Origin: Halomicronema hongdechloris C2206
Lineage (GTDB): Bacteria; Cyanobacteriota; Cyanobacteriia; Phormidesmidales; Phormidesmidaceae
Direction of reading: 5' to 3'
Assembly: GCF_002075285.3 (NCBI RefSeq)
Contig: NZ_CP021983.2
Location: 4,441,153-4,465,152 of the forward strand
Length of the DNA stretch: 24,000 nucleotides
Shown: piece after piece, positions 1-7,456 of the stretch
Position numbering within the stretch: the stretch's first letter is position 1
How the letters are laid out: each line of letters begins with the position of its first letter
Position numbers and translations under genes: made by a program
The notes under the pieces: model-generated
Told to the model about the DNA's origin: nothing
Databases searched by the model: none
What the model saw: only the letters and a program-made list of their open reading frames with translations

Positions 1-55
1 GAAAGCAATGGAGTGGCTAGCTTCTCTCGCTGTGGTAGGGGAACCGAGAGAATGA
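1..55 (+). CDS. 3' end of an unidentified upstream gene (partial), possible partner or antitoxin of the PIN gene
   Basis: The frame starting at nt 2 is open from the window edge (..KAMEWLASLAVVGEPRE*). Its TGA (53-55) overlaps the ATG (52-54) of the next gene as ATGA, a typical coupled two-gene arrangement. The fragment is too short to identify. Confidence 0.35.
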   Translation, partial: KAMEWLASLAVVGEPRE

Positions 56-507
56 AAGCAGTTGCAATTGTTGATACATCTATATTCTGCAATGTTCTCG
101 ATATTCCTCATATGAATAGTGAACGGACTCAGGTAATGCAAAAGTTGAAAGATTTACTTGAGGAAAGTACTAATCTTCTTCTACCTATGGCTGCCGTCTA
201 TGAAACAGGGAATCATATTGCTCAACTCAGTGATGGTGGAAACCGGCGTCAATTTGCTGAAGTTTTCATTGAGCAAGTCAAGAAAGCGATAAAAGGGGAA
301 GCACCTTGGCAAGTTATGCAGCTGCCAGATATGGAGGAGGTTGGAGAATGGCTAAGTAACTTTCCTGATTCAGCAATGCGTGGCGCAGGTATGGGAGACT
401 TATCAATAATCAAAGAGTGGGAGAAGACGATTAGGATAACGCCCAATCACCGTATTTTTATATGGTCTTTAGATGGCGATCTTCAGGGATATGATCATAT
501 TCCTTGA
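52..507 (+). CDS. PIN-domain protein (VapC-like putative ribonuclease)
   Basis: The ORF track gives 13..507. I prefer the ATG at 52 (MKAVAIVDTS..) because PIN domains start this way and because of the ATGA overlap with the upstream ORF. Acidic residues are spaced as in PIN domains: VDTS, YETG, GDLSII, SLDGDL. The gene is AT-rich (line 61-120 is 19/60 GC by hand count). Confidence 0.55.
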   Translation: MKAVAIVDTSIFCNVLDIPHMNSERTQVMQKLKDLLEESTNLLLPMAAVYETGNHIAQLSDGGNRRQFAEVFIEQVKKAIKGEAPWQVMQLPDMEEVGEWLSNFPDSAMRGAGMGDLSIIKEWEKTIRITPNHRIFIWSLDGDLQGYDHIP

Positions 508-753
508 TCCTAATAATTAAGCTTTAGCTAGCAGTGTTGACTTTTATGCAAAAATCTGTTCCCTTTCGAGAAAATCTTATTGATTCTAGGCTTTCGCAAA
601 AAGCTGACAATTCAAATGCAGCGGACAGTTTTGAGCCGTTGCTGCTGAGTTTAAGGTTGTCTGCTGCCGATGATTTGAGCCGTTCCCTCTCCAGGCAAGC
701 CTTTGACTTGAGAAAGTCGCATCAATGCGTCGCAACCTCCTCGGAACCTAACG

Positions 754-973
754 CTATGATTTGCTGCCGTAGTAGAAGGCGATTTCTCTGTCTTTGAGGG
801 GCGCAAAGCCAGCTTCCTGCAGCATGTGCTCCAGATCAGCCAGGGAAAAGTGCTTGGCACCGATGCGGAGGATGCGCGATGGCCCTTCAGGGCCGGTCTA
901 GCCCCTCTGGGGCGGCGTCGCCTTTTATGTCGCCCTGCGAAATGACCATCGCATCGTATTGGTGACGCCACTG
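754..973 (-). pseudogene. Decayed gene remnant; the last fragment resembles the C-terminus of a class I SAM-dependent methyltransferase
   Basis: Two adjacent minus-strand fragments lie in different frames, with no start codon. Fragment 973-887 reads QWRHQYDAMVISQGDIKGDAAPEGLDRP*. Fragment 897-754 reads TGPEGPSRILRIGAKHFSLADLEHMLQEAGFAPLKDREIAFYYGSKS*. The ..LEHMLQEAGF.. tail resembles methyltransferase C-termini. This is my own hand translation. Confidence 0.3.
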
Positions 974-1157
974 CGCTACCACTGGGCTTCCTTGGCCATC
1001 ACCCGCCGATACAGCTCCAGCTTGGCCGCAGGGATGGGGCTGCCATCGAGGTCAATGCCCTGGGCAAGGGCCTGATCAACGGCATCGGCGCCCGTGGTGG
1101 TGGGGTGGGTCATCGGTATCCTCGTGAATCAATCGATAAATCGATCCGCATCCTATC

Positions 1158-1190
1158 AGAAAAAATCCCCCGGCGCCTTGGCGTCGAGGG
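1158..1190 (-). terminator. Rho-independent terminator downstream of rplL
   Basis: On the minus strand, CCCTCGACGC / GCGCCGGGGG forms a GC-rich stem (one mismatch, one G-U) with a short loop. It is followed by ATTTTTTCT and lies about 43 nt after the rplL stop. Confidence 0.6.
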
Positions 1191-1232
1191 AATCCATCAT
1201 GACCGGCCCTGCAGCCGCAGCCAGGGACCAGG

Positions 1233-1646
1233 CTACTTGACAGACACCTTGGCACCGGCCTCTTCCAGCTGCTTCTTGGCATCTTCGGCGGCTTCCTTGG
1301 CCACGGCTTCCTTGACCGCTTTGGGAGCCGATTCCACCACTTCCTTGGCTTCCTTCAGACCCAGGCCAGTGAGGGCACGTACTACCTTGAGGATGGCGAT
1401 CTTCTTGTCCGCGGGAACCTCTTCTAGGACCACGTCGAATTCGGTCTTCTCTTCGGCCTCCTCAGCGGCGGCTCCGTCACCGCCAGCCCCGGCCATCATG
1501 CCGGGGGCCATCATCATCATGCCACCGCCACCAGCGGCAGAGGCATCGACGCCAAAGGTGTCTTCGATTTGCTTCACCAGCTCAGACGCCTCCAGAAGAC
1601 TGAGGGACTTAAGCTGTTCTAAAATTTCGTCGGTCTTAGCAGACAT
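1233..1646 (-). CDS. rplL: 50S ribosomal protein L7/L12
   Basis: [33 protein letters not shown].., an Ala/Gly hinge, and a C-terminal ..[16 protein letters not shown].. Unmistakable L7/L12; follows rplJ. Confidence 0.97.
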   Translation of the reverse strand: MSAKTDEILEQLKSLSLLEASELVKQIEDTFGVDASAAGGGGMMMMAPGMMAGAGGDGAAAEEAEEKTEFDVVLEEVPADKKIAILKVVRALTGLGLKEAKEVVESAPKAVKEAVAKEAAEDAKKQLEEAGAKVSVK

Positions 1647-1706
1647 GGGTTAACTCCTGTGAAATGGACACAACAAATCGAGACAGTAGAGATAGAGGGG
1701 CTGCTC

Positions 1707-2267
1707 CTACGACTCTTCTTGCTCGGAAACAGCCTTGATGGCGCGAGTCAGGGAAGCTGGCACTTCCTTGATACCCACAGCCAGTTTGGTGGGAACGGCA
1801 TTGAGCCCTACGCCCAACTTGGTGGGAACAGCATTGATGGCACCGGCAATGCGGGCAATCAGCTCTTCCTTTGACGGCAGGTCGGTGATGGCTTTGATGT
1901 CGTTTTCATCAAGGGCTTGTCCCTCCATGACGCCGCCGCGCAAGACGGTTTTTTTGGTGTCTTTCTGGAAGGCTTGGTACTCCTTGATGGCTCCGCCCAG
2001 ATCGTCCTTGACCAATACAAAGGCCGAGGCATCCTTCAGGAAGGTCTGAATCGGCTGCCAGTTATCATCCCCCTCAACGGCAATGCGCATCAGGGTATTC
2101 TTGGTCACCTTACAGACAGCCCCTTTGGAGCTGAGACGATTGCGCAGATCGGTGATTTCAGCAACGGATAATCCCTTGTAGTCAATCACCAGAGCCAGCT
2201 CAAAGCCAGTCAATAGCTCTTTCAGCTCTGCCACAATCTCCTTCTTGTTCGCTAACGTTCTCCCCAT
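1707..2267 (-). CDS. rplJ: 50S ribosomal protein L10
   Basis: [34 protein letters not shown].. is typical L10. A strong SD (AAGGAGGTGA) precedes the ATG. The C-terminal helix carries repeated ~10-aa segments ([11 protein letters not shown] / [11 protein letters not shown] / [11 protein letters not shown]). Confidence 0.97.
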   Translation of the reverse strand: MGRTLANKKEIVAELKELLTGFELALVIDYKGLSVAEITDLRNRLSSKGAVCKVTKNTLMRIAVEGDDNWQPIQTFLKDASAFVLVKDDLGGAIKEYQAFQKDTKKTVLRGGVMEGQALDENDIKAITDLPSKEELIARIAGAINAVPTKLGVGLNAVPTKLAVGIKEVPASLTRAIKAVSEQEES

Positions 2268-2322
2268 TCGGTCTCACCTCCTTTTAATCGGGGATTACAA
2301 ATCTGTGGGGGACCCAGCCATT

Positions 2323-2348
2323 AAAAAACCTCCGGGAAATACCGGAGG
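2323..2348 (-). terminator. Intrinsic-terminator-like hairpin inside the rplJ leader (candidate attenuator)
   Basis: The minus strand reads CCTCCGG-TATTTC-CCGGAGG followed by TTTTTT. It is 56 nt upstream of the rplJ ATG and about 250 nt downstream of the rplA stop. Confidence 0.5.
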
Positions 2349-2598
2349 ACAGGCCCTGAAAGTAAGCGGCGGCCGCACGCTATCAATGTGCGATCGCAAT
2401 GGCTAGGGCATCTACCTCGGCAGGGTTTATGCGCAGGCAACCTGCTGTCTCCGGCTTACCAAGCTATGGAGTTGTGGCGTGGGTCAATAACTTACCTCTC
2501 CATGAGAAATGTTTGCAGTAGGGATATCTTGGCTTGCCTTAGGCAATATCAGCCATCTTAATATCCCGTAGGGCGCTATCACTGATGACCCATGTGGG

Positions 2599-3234
2599 TT
2601 ACCATCGCCAGTAGCGCCCCTTAGCTCCCGAAGGCCGGTTGCGATCGATACATTCCTGTAAGGCCTTTAAGTTCATCAGCAGATCTGCCACCGAAAAAGA
2701 TGCCTTACCGAACATCACATGAACGATTCCAGTCCGATCCGCTCGAAATTCGAGCTTACCTGCCTTAAACTCATCAATCGCCTGGGACAAATTAAAGGTC
2801 ACCGTACCACCCTTGGGAGACGGCATCAAGCCCCGTGGCCCCAACAGACGCCCCAGCTTAGCCACCTTGGGCATCATGTCTGGAGTGGCAATCAAGACAT
2901 CGAAGTCCATCATGCCTTTAGAGATCTCCTCAATTAGATCCTCTGAACCAGCCATGTCAGCCCCGGCACTACTGGCTTCCGTTACATTTTCACCTCGAGC
3001 AATTACAGCCACCCGCACAGTTTGCCCGGTGCCCTTTGGCAAAATGACCGTCGTTCTCAGTTGCTGATCCGTGTACTTAGGATCGATGCCCAAACGAATA
3101 TGGGCCTCTGCTGATTCCGGAAACTTAGCCGTGGCTGTGTCCTTCAGTAAGGTGAGGGCTTCCGTGGGCTCGTACAGCTGATCCTCAACCCTTTTGTGAA
3201 GGTCCTGAAGTCGTCGAGAAATTGTCTTAGGCAT
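2599..3234 (-). CDS. rplA: 50S ribosomal protein L1 (apparently truncated at the C-terminus)
   Basis: [48 protein letters not shown].. is clear L1. The ORF stops two codons after ..GAKGRYWRW, at 211 aa, shorter than typical bacterial L1. Confidence 0.9.
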   Translation of the reverse strand: MPKTISRRLQDLHKRVEDQLYEPTEALTLLKDTATAKFPESAEAHIRLGIDPKYTDQQLRTTVILPKGTGQTVRVAVIARGENVTEASSAGADMAGSEDLIEEISKGMMDFDVLIATPDMMPKVAKLGRLLGPRGLMPSPKGGTVTFNLSQAIDEFKAGKLEFRADRTGIVHVMFGKASFSVADLLMNLKALQECIDRNRPSGAKGRYWRW

Positions 3235-3305
3235 AATCCATTACTACTCCTGGGGTGATAACGAAGTCGCAACCTCTCCCCCTCTATGGGACATACCGCC
3301 CTAGA

Positions 3306-3387
3306 GACGGCAAACTTTTCTACAATACCCTACTCCACCTGACCATGACGGCAAACTTTTCTACAATACCCTACTCCACCTGATCAT
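3306..3387. repeat. 41-bp tandem duplication in the rplK-rplA spacer
   Basis: gacggcaaacttttctacaataccctactccacctga occurs identically at 3306-3342 and 3347-3383, separated by ccat (period 41). Confidence 0.95.
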
Positions 3388-3417
3388 GGCAGAGAATCCT
3401 AGGCTGAGGCAAAGAAC

Positions 3418-3843
3418 CTAGCCAGATACCGTGACGCCCATATTCCGGGCTGTCCCTTCCACGATGCGCATAGCCGCTTCAATATCGTTGGCATTGAGGT
3501 CGGGCATTTTGGTCTCGGCGATCTCTCGCAGTTGGTCACGGCTAATGGATCCCACCTTTTGAGTGCGAGGTTCCCCGGATCCCTTCTCAATCCCGGCCGC
3601 CTTTTTAATCAAGACCGACGCTGGGGGAGTCTTGAGGATGAAGGTGAAGCTGCGGTCTTCAAACACCGAAATCTCGACTGGCACTACCAGCCCCACCTTA
3701 TCCGCCGTTCTGGCATTGTATTCCTTGCAGAACGCCATGATATTGACGCCATGCTGACCTAGAGCTGGGCCAATGGGGGGAGCCGGATTTGCCTTCCCTG
3801 CTGGAATCGCTAATTTAATAATCGCAACTACTTTCTTCGCCAT
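3418..3843 (-). CDS. rplK: 50S ribosomal protein L11
   Basis: [44 protein letters not shown].. is the canonical L11 N-terminus. Confidence 0.97.
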   Translation of the reverse strand: MAKKVVAIIKLAIPAGKANPAPPIGPALGQHGVNIMAFCKEYNARTADKVGLVVPVEISVFEDRSFTFILKTPPASVLIKKAAGIEKGSGEPRTQKVGSISRDQLREIAETKMPDLNANDIEAAMRIVEGTARNMGVTVSG

Positions 3844-3846
3844 CGA

Positions 3847-4521
3847 CTAACTCTCTTTTTGAACCTGGTTGAATTCCAACTCCACTGGGGTATCACGCCC
3901 AAAGATTGACAGCAACGCCTTCAATTTGTGACGTTCAGGACTGACTTCAATCACCTCACCCTCAAAATCTTTGAATGGACCCGACAGCACCAAAATCTTG
4001 TCGCCAGTGGCCATATCAATTTTGACAACAGGCTTCTGTTCCTCAGTCCGCTTGAAGATGCGCTTAACTTCAGCTCGACTCAGGGGCATGGGTTTCACAT
4101 GACCCCGACCGCGACCATAGCGACGCCGCTGCTCCGCCCCCACAAAGTTAATCACATGGGGGGTATTTTTGACGACAGACCAAGCCTCATCATCCATCAG
4201 CATGCGCACCAGCACATAGCCTGGAAAGACCTTCTCCTCAATGTTCTGGCGACTACCATCCTTACGAAGCTTAACTGCCGGAGTTTGGGGGATCTCGATC
4301 TGAAAGACTCGATCAGCTACATCGAAGGTCTTGATGCGCTGCTCCAGATTCAGCTTCACTCGATTTTCACACCCAGAAGCCACCTGCACGGCATACCAGC
4401 GTCCCTGCTTTTCAGAAATCGCTTGGGCCTCACCCTCATCAACTACATCAGCCGATGAGATATCTGCAGATTCCACGTCGTCATTGAAGCCGTCGTTGAA
4501 ATCGTCTGCTGTCAACGCCAT
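3847..4521 (-). CDS. nusG: Transcription termination/antitermination factor NusG
   Basis: ..WYAVQVASGCENRVK.. (NGN domain) and C-terminal KOW ..GDKILVLSGPFKDFEGEVIEV.. There is an acidic N-terminal extension. The position between secE and rplK is conserved. Confidence 0.95.
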   Translation of the reverse strand: MALTADDFNDGFNDDVESADISSADVVDEGEAQAISEKQGRWYAVQVASGCENRVKLNLEQRIKTFDVADRVFQIEIPQTPAVKLRKDGSRQNIEEKVFPGYVLVRMLMDDEAWSVVKNTPHVINFVGAEQRRRYGRGRGHVKPMPLSRAEVKRIFKRTEEQKPVVKIDMATGDKILVLSGPFKDFEGEVIEVSPERHKLKALLSIFGRDTPVELEFNQVQKES

Positions 4522-4523
4522 CT

Positions 4524-4808
4524 CTAAAACACCTGTCTAGACGCCCATCCGAAAACCTGATCGATTAAATAAATCAAGGAAGCGGAAAGGCTCACCATCA
4601 GAATTACGGCGGCAGATTCGCTGATTAACTGCTGCCGACTGGGCCAAACAACTTTGCCTAGCTCTTCCTTGGTACCCTCCAAGAACTTAGCTAGATTAAA
4701 GCCCTCCTCTGCCGTCGATTGAGCCTTGGATTGAGCCTTGGATTGAGCCTTGGATTGAGCCTTAGCATTATCGCGCTTCGGGTCAGATTTCGTATCTTTT
4801 TTAGCCAC
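4524..4808 (-). CDS. secE: Preprotein translocase subunit SecE
   Basis: ..FLEGTKEELGKVVWPSRQQLISESAAVILMVSLSASLIYLID.. is the SecE signature with a single C-terminal TM helix. It lies immediately upstream of nusG. Confidence 0.85.
   Translation of the reverse strand: MAKKDTKSDPKRDNAKAQSKAQSKAQSKAQSTAEEGFNLAKFLEGTKEELGKVVWPSRQQLISESAAVILMVSLSASLIYLIDQVFGWASRQVF
4717..4764. repeat. 12-bp tandem repeat x4 inside secE, encoding (KAQS)n
   Basis: gattgagccttg is repeated at 4717, 4729, 4741 and 4753; the last copy ends in a instead of g. It encodes AKAQSKAQSKAQSKAQS in the SecE N-terminal tail. Confidence 0.95.
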
Positions 4809-4974
4809 TGCCTATAGACTCCTGCGTATTCAACCTCGGCAACTCAAGCACACCAAATACTTTTACTAGCTGAATCAGCCTACGACAATGCATTTAGCGT
4901 CTGGCCTCAAGCTGCAAACTCCTTCTATGATAAGCAGTCTCATTGCCTGTCTGAAAGGCCCTCACCACCGAACG

Positions 4975-5035
4975 ACAATTCTACCCGAAGTCCTGACACG
5001 TCAAGCTGAGTCCCTAAGAACTTCGGGTAGATTGT
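4975..5035 (-). other. Long hairpin in the tRNA-Trp / secE spacer
   Basis: Arms 4975-4991 (acaattctacccgaagt) and 5020-5035 (acttcgggtagattgt) pair over 16 bp with a 1-nt bulge and a 28-nt loop. A second 7-bp pairing (5006-5012 ctgagtc with 5042-5048 gactcag) interleaves with it. Confidence 0.6.
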
Positions 5036-5048
5036 AATGGTGACTCAG

Positions 5049-5121
5049 CGCGCCCTGGAGGACTCGAACCCCCGACATCGGGTTTTGGAGACCCGCGTTC
5101 TACCAACTGAACTAAGGACGC
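5049..5121 (-). tRNA. trnW: tRNA-Trp (anticodon CCA)
   Basis: The minus strand reads GCGTCCT-TA-GTTC-AGTTGGTA-GAAC-G-CGGGT-CTCCAAA-ACCCG-ATGTC-GGGGG-TTCGAGT-CCTCC-AGGGCGC-G. This is a 73-nt cloverleaf folded by hand; CCA is not encoded. tRNA-Trp upstream of secE is a conserved arrangement. Confidence 0.93.
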
Positions 5122-5196
5122 ATACGGCCAGAGTCAATTTGAATAGATTTAACCTGAATCAATCAAGCTAAATCCTAGCTCATCCTTAGTCTACCG

Positions 5197-5559
5197 TTAG
5201 ATAGGCCGGTCGAACCGTTGCTTCAGACGTGTTGCCTTACCAACCCGATTACGCAGGTAGTACAGCTTGGCTCGACGAGCTTTACCACGACGAATGACTT
5301 TGATGTTAGCAATGCGAGGGGCGTGCAGCAGGAAGACCCGCTCTACACCAATACCCTGAAAGATACGGCGGACAGTAATGCTGGCATTGATGCCACCATT
5401 GCGCTTGGCAATCACCGTGCCTTCATAGGGCTGAACCCGCTCTTTTCCCCCTTCCTGAATAATTACACCGACGCGGACAGTGTCGCCGACGTAAATTTCG
5501 GGGATATCGTCCTTATAGTAGTCCGCTTCGATAGAGCGGATGATCTCCTCAGCGTTCAT
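5197..5559 (-). CDS. rplS: 50S ribosomal protein L19
   Basis: ..[58 protein letters not shown].. is canonical L19. Confidence 0.96.
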   Translation of the reverse strand: MNAEEIIRSIEADYYKDDIPEIYVGDTVRVGVIIQEGGKERVQPYEGTVIAKRNGGINASITVRRIFQGIGVERVFLLHAPRIANIKVIRRGKARRAKLYYLRNRVGKATRLKQRFDRPI

Positions 5560-5756
5560 AGGGCCTGCAAAAACGCACAGTCTATTACACTACACTAGTA
5601 GAGCATCAAATATCAACACTCTGCTGGCTACGACAGCAATTCTCATTTTGGCGAAAAGCTGCTCAAGCTCTAGAACTGGACAGTGGAAAGTTTTCAGTCC
5701 GCTGGCAAGACACCAAGAAAAACGGACGTGGGTTAAGTCGAATCACCCATCATGTC

Positions 5757-5788
5757 CAAAACTGGCTGATATAGAACGTTTCAGCCAG
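5757..5788 (-). terminator. Possible Rho-independent terminator downstream of gloB and a small ORF
   Basis: A perfect 8-bp inverted repeat, ctggctga (5762-5769) / tcagccag (5781-5788), has an 11-nt loop. On the minus strand it is followed by TTTTG. Confidence 0.4.
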
Positions 5789-5848
5789 CAATATTATGGA
5801 GCTATGCCAACGTCTTGAGCAAATCTTAGGGGAGACTGCGTCTAGTCT

Positions 5849-5998
5849 TTAGTCGGGAGTCCTCGTTTCGGTGGTTTGTCCTCTTGGTGTGGAGCATCCT
5901 CTCTTAATGCTCAACCTGCTACCGTCACCAGCTATGTGAATGCCCTGGGTTTGAATGAAGATGAAGGCGATGAAACCTGCTCCGACTTGGCCCACCAA
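5849..5998 (-). CDS. Hypothetical small protein (49 aa, hydrophobic N-terminus), speculative
   Basis: Not in the ORF track because it is under 60 aa. GGAGG (6006-6010) lies 7 nt before TTG/GTG (5998/5995) and 20 nt after the gloB stop. Translation is (M)VGQVGAGFIAFIFIQTQGIHIAGDGSRLSIKRGCSTPRGQTTETRTPD*. I recognise no homolog. Confidence 0.25.
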   Translation of the reverse strand: MVGQVGAGFIAFIFIQTQGIHIAGDGSRLSIKRGCSTPRGQTTETRTPD

Positions 5999-6018
5999 TC
6001 TTCCGCCTCCTACGGGGC

Positions 6019-6792
6019 TTAAAACTGATCCTTCCGGCTCCGCAGGCGAGCAAAGGCTTGCACGGGTTCGTGACTCTGGACAGCCTTTTGTAGAGCCAGA
6101 TGATCCCAGCGTAGGAAGGGATTTGTGGCCTTTTCTAGGCCTAGGTCCGAGGGGATTGTAGCCTGCTGCCGTTGGCGAGCGGCCTTGACCATGGCGAATC
6201 GCTGTTGCAGATCAGGGTTTTGGCCATCTACGGTGAGGGCAAATTTCAGATTTTTCAGGGTATATTCGTGGGCGCACCAAATGCGGGTTTGGTCAGGTAA
6301 GGTCCGAATCTTGCTGAGGGATTGCACCATCTGCTCAGGCGTGCCCTCAAACAAGCGACCACAGCCACCGGCAAAGAGGGTATCGCCGCAGAAGAGATCG
6401 CCCCAGTCGCTACCGGGGGCGGGGGAAAAATAGTAGGCGATGTGGGCCCGAGTATGTCCCGGTACGAATAGGACGGTGCCGGTACGACCGGCGAAGGTAA
6501 CGGTGTCGCCCTCCTGCAGAAAGATCTGTTGGCCAGGAATGCGATCGCAATCTTCGGCGCCGCCATAGACCACCGCCTCAGGATAGTGGGCTAACAGCTG
6601 CCGGTTGCCACCCACATGGTCGGCGTGGTGATGGGTATTGAAGATGGTCCCCAGGGGAGCTCCGAGTTCCTCTAGTTTCTGCAAGACCGGGGTAGCCTCG
6701 GCTGGATCCACCACGGCAGCAGTGTTGTAATTCCTATCGTGGAGGACAAAGATGTAGTTGTCTGAGAGGGCATTCAGGCGATAGATATCCAT
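6019..6792 (-). CDS. gloB: Hydroxyacylglutathione hydrolase (glyoxalase II)
   Basis: [19 protein letters not shown].., metal-binding motif [11 protein letters not shown], and ..[18 protein letters not shown].. are typical of GloB. Confidence 0.93.
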   Translation of the reverse strand: MDIYRLNALSDNYIFVLHDRNYNTAAVVDPAEATPVLQKLEELGAPLGTIFNTHHHADHVGGNRQLLAHYPEAVVYGGAEDCDRIPGQQIFLQEGDTVTFAGRTGTVLFVPGHTRAHIAYYFSPAPGSDWGDLFCGDTLFAGGCGRLFEGTPEQMVQSLSKIRTLPDQTRIWCAHEYTLKNLKFALTVDGQNPDLQQRFAMVKAARQRQQATIPSDLGLEKATNPFLRWDHLALQKAVQSHEPVQAFARLRSRKDQF

Positions 6793-7153
6793 AGGTTGAG
6801 CATTATCGGCAGACCAGATATGGCCGTGGATCGATTGATGATGCCTCAGCGATCAGGCCGACGTCATACATGACTACACACATGGCTACTTCTAGCGTAG
6901 AAACTGCCGGGGGAATTAGCATCCATCCTGGGCCAGGCATCTTGCCATTATCTCCGAACAATTACTGAAGCGTTAACCGTTTCTGTGGTAACGATTCCGT
7001 GAATTTAGCGCTGCGCTGATAGGCCAATCCAGCCTGTAATACAGATATCAGGTGGCGATGGGTGCTGAGAAGACAACGGGTTATTGCCTCATATCCACTA
7101 CGAAATCGTGGCAGTGATGGCACCTCGTTCACTCGACTACCAGTCTCGGCCAG

Positions 7154-7444
7154 ATGATGCTTACCGAGAGGGGCGGACGACCCATGCCAGCCTCAGCCGT
7201 CTGGCCCATGCTATCCACACGCATTTGGACTCGTACCGTGATGGGAACAATGACCACTGCTGCCCAGGCCAGGATTTATCAACTCGTGCACCAGGCGATC
7301 CATCAGGGGCGCTTGAGCCGCTGCGACCATCTCACCCTGGTCTCGGCTATGCTAGCAGACGCTACCCTGGACCCCTTAGACCGCAGCCAGATCAACCGCG
7401 TATTCGACTATGTCCGCATGGGACGGGTGCGGCTGGTGGATTAA
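7154..7444 (+). CDS. Small hypothetical protein
   Basis: The C-terminal two-thirds look protein-like (..AQARIYQLVHQAIHQGRLSRCDHLTLVSAMLADATLDPLDRSQINRVFDYVRMGRVRLVD). The true start may be an internal Met such as 7241 or 7250. Function unknown. Confidence 0.5.
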   Translation: MMLTERGGRPMPASAVWPMLSTRIWTRTVMGTMTTAAQARIYQLVHQAIHQGRLSRCDHLTLVSAMLADATLDPLDRSQINRVFDYVRMGRVRLVD

Positions 7445-7456
7445 TCTGGGCTGCCT

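Noticed and set aside
534-971. ORFs 534..797 (+) and 651..971 (-)
   Set aside because: The translations are Arg/Ser/Cys-rich and not protein-like. The region is better explained as frame-broken debris (see the pseudogene call).
1105-1653. 182-aa plus-strand ORF, plus similar ORFs at 1659..1874, 1735..2049 and 1917..2171
   Set aside because: These lie antisense to or overlap the unmistakable rplL and rplJ genes. Their S/A/P/R-rich low-complexity translations are typical shadow ORFs in GC-rich coding DNA.
3306-4764. Whether the 41-bp duplication or the 12-bp secE repeat could be a CRISPR array
   Set aside because: Both are contiguous tandem repeats with no unique spacers, one lies inside a coding sequence, and there are no cas genes. 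No CRISPR array is present in the window.
5540-5818. 92-aa plus-strand ORF upstream of rplS
   Set aside because: It starts antisense within the rplS 5' end, has no SD, and its sequence has a low-complexity, non-conserved look.
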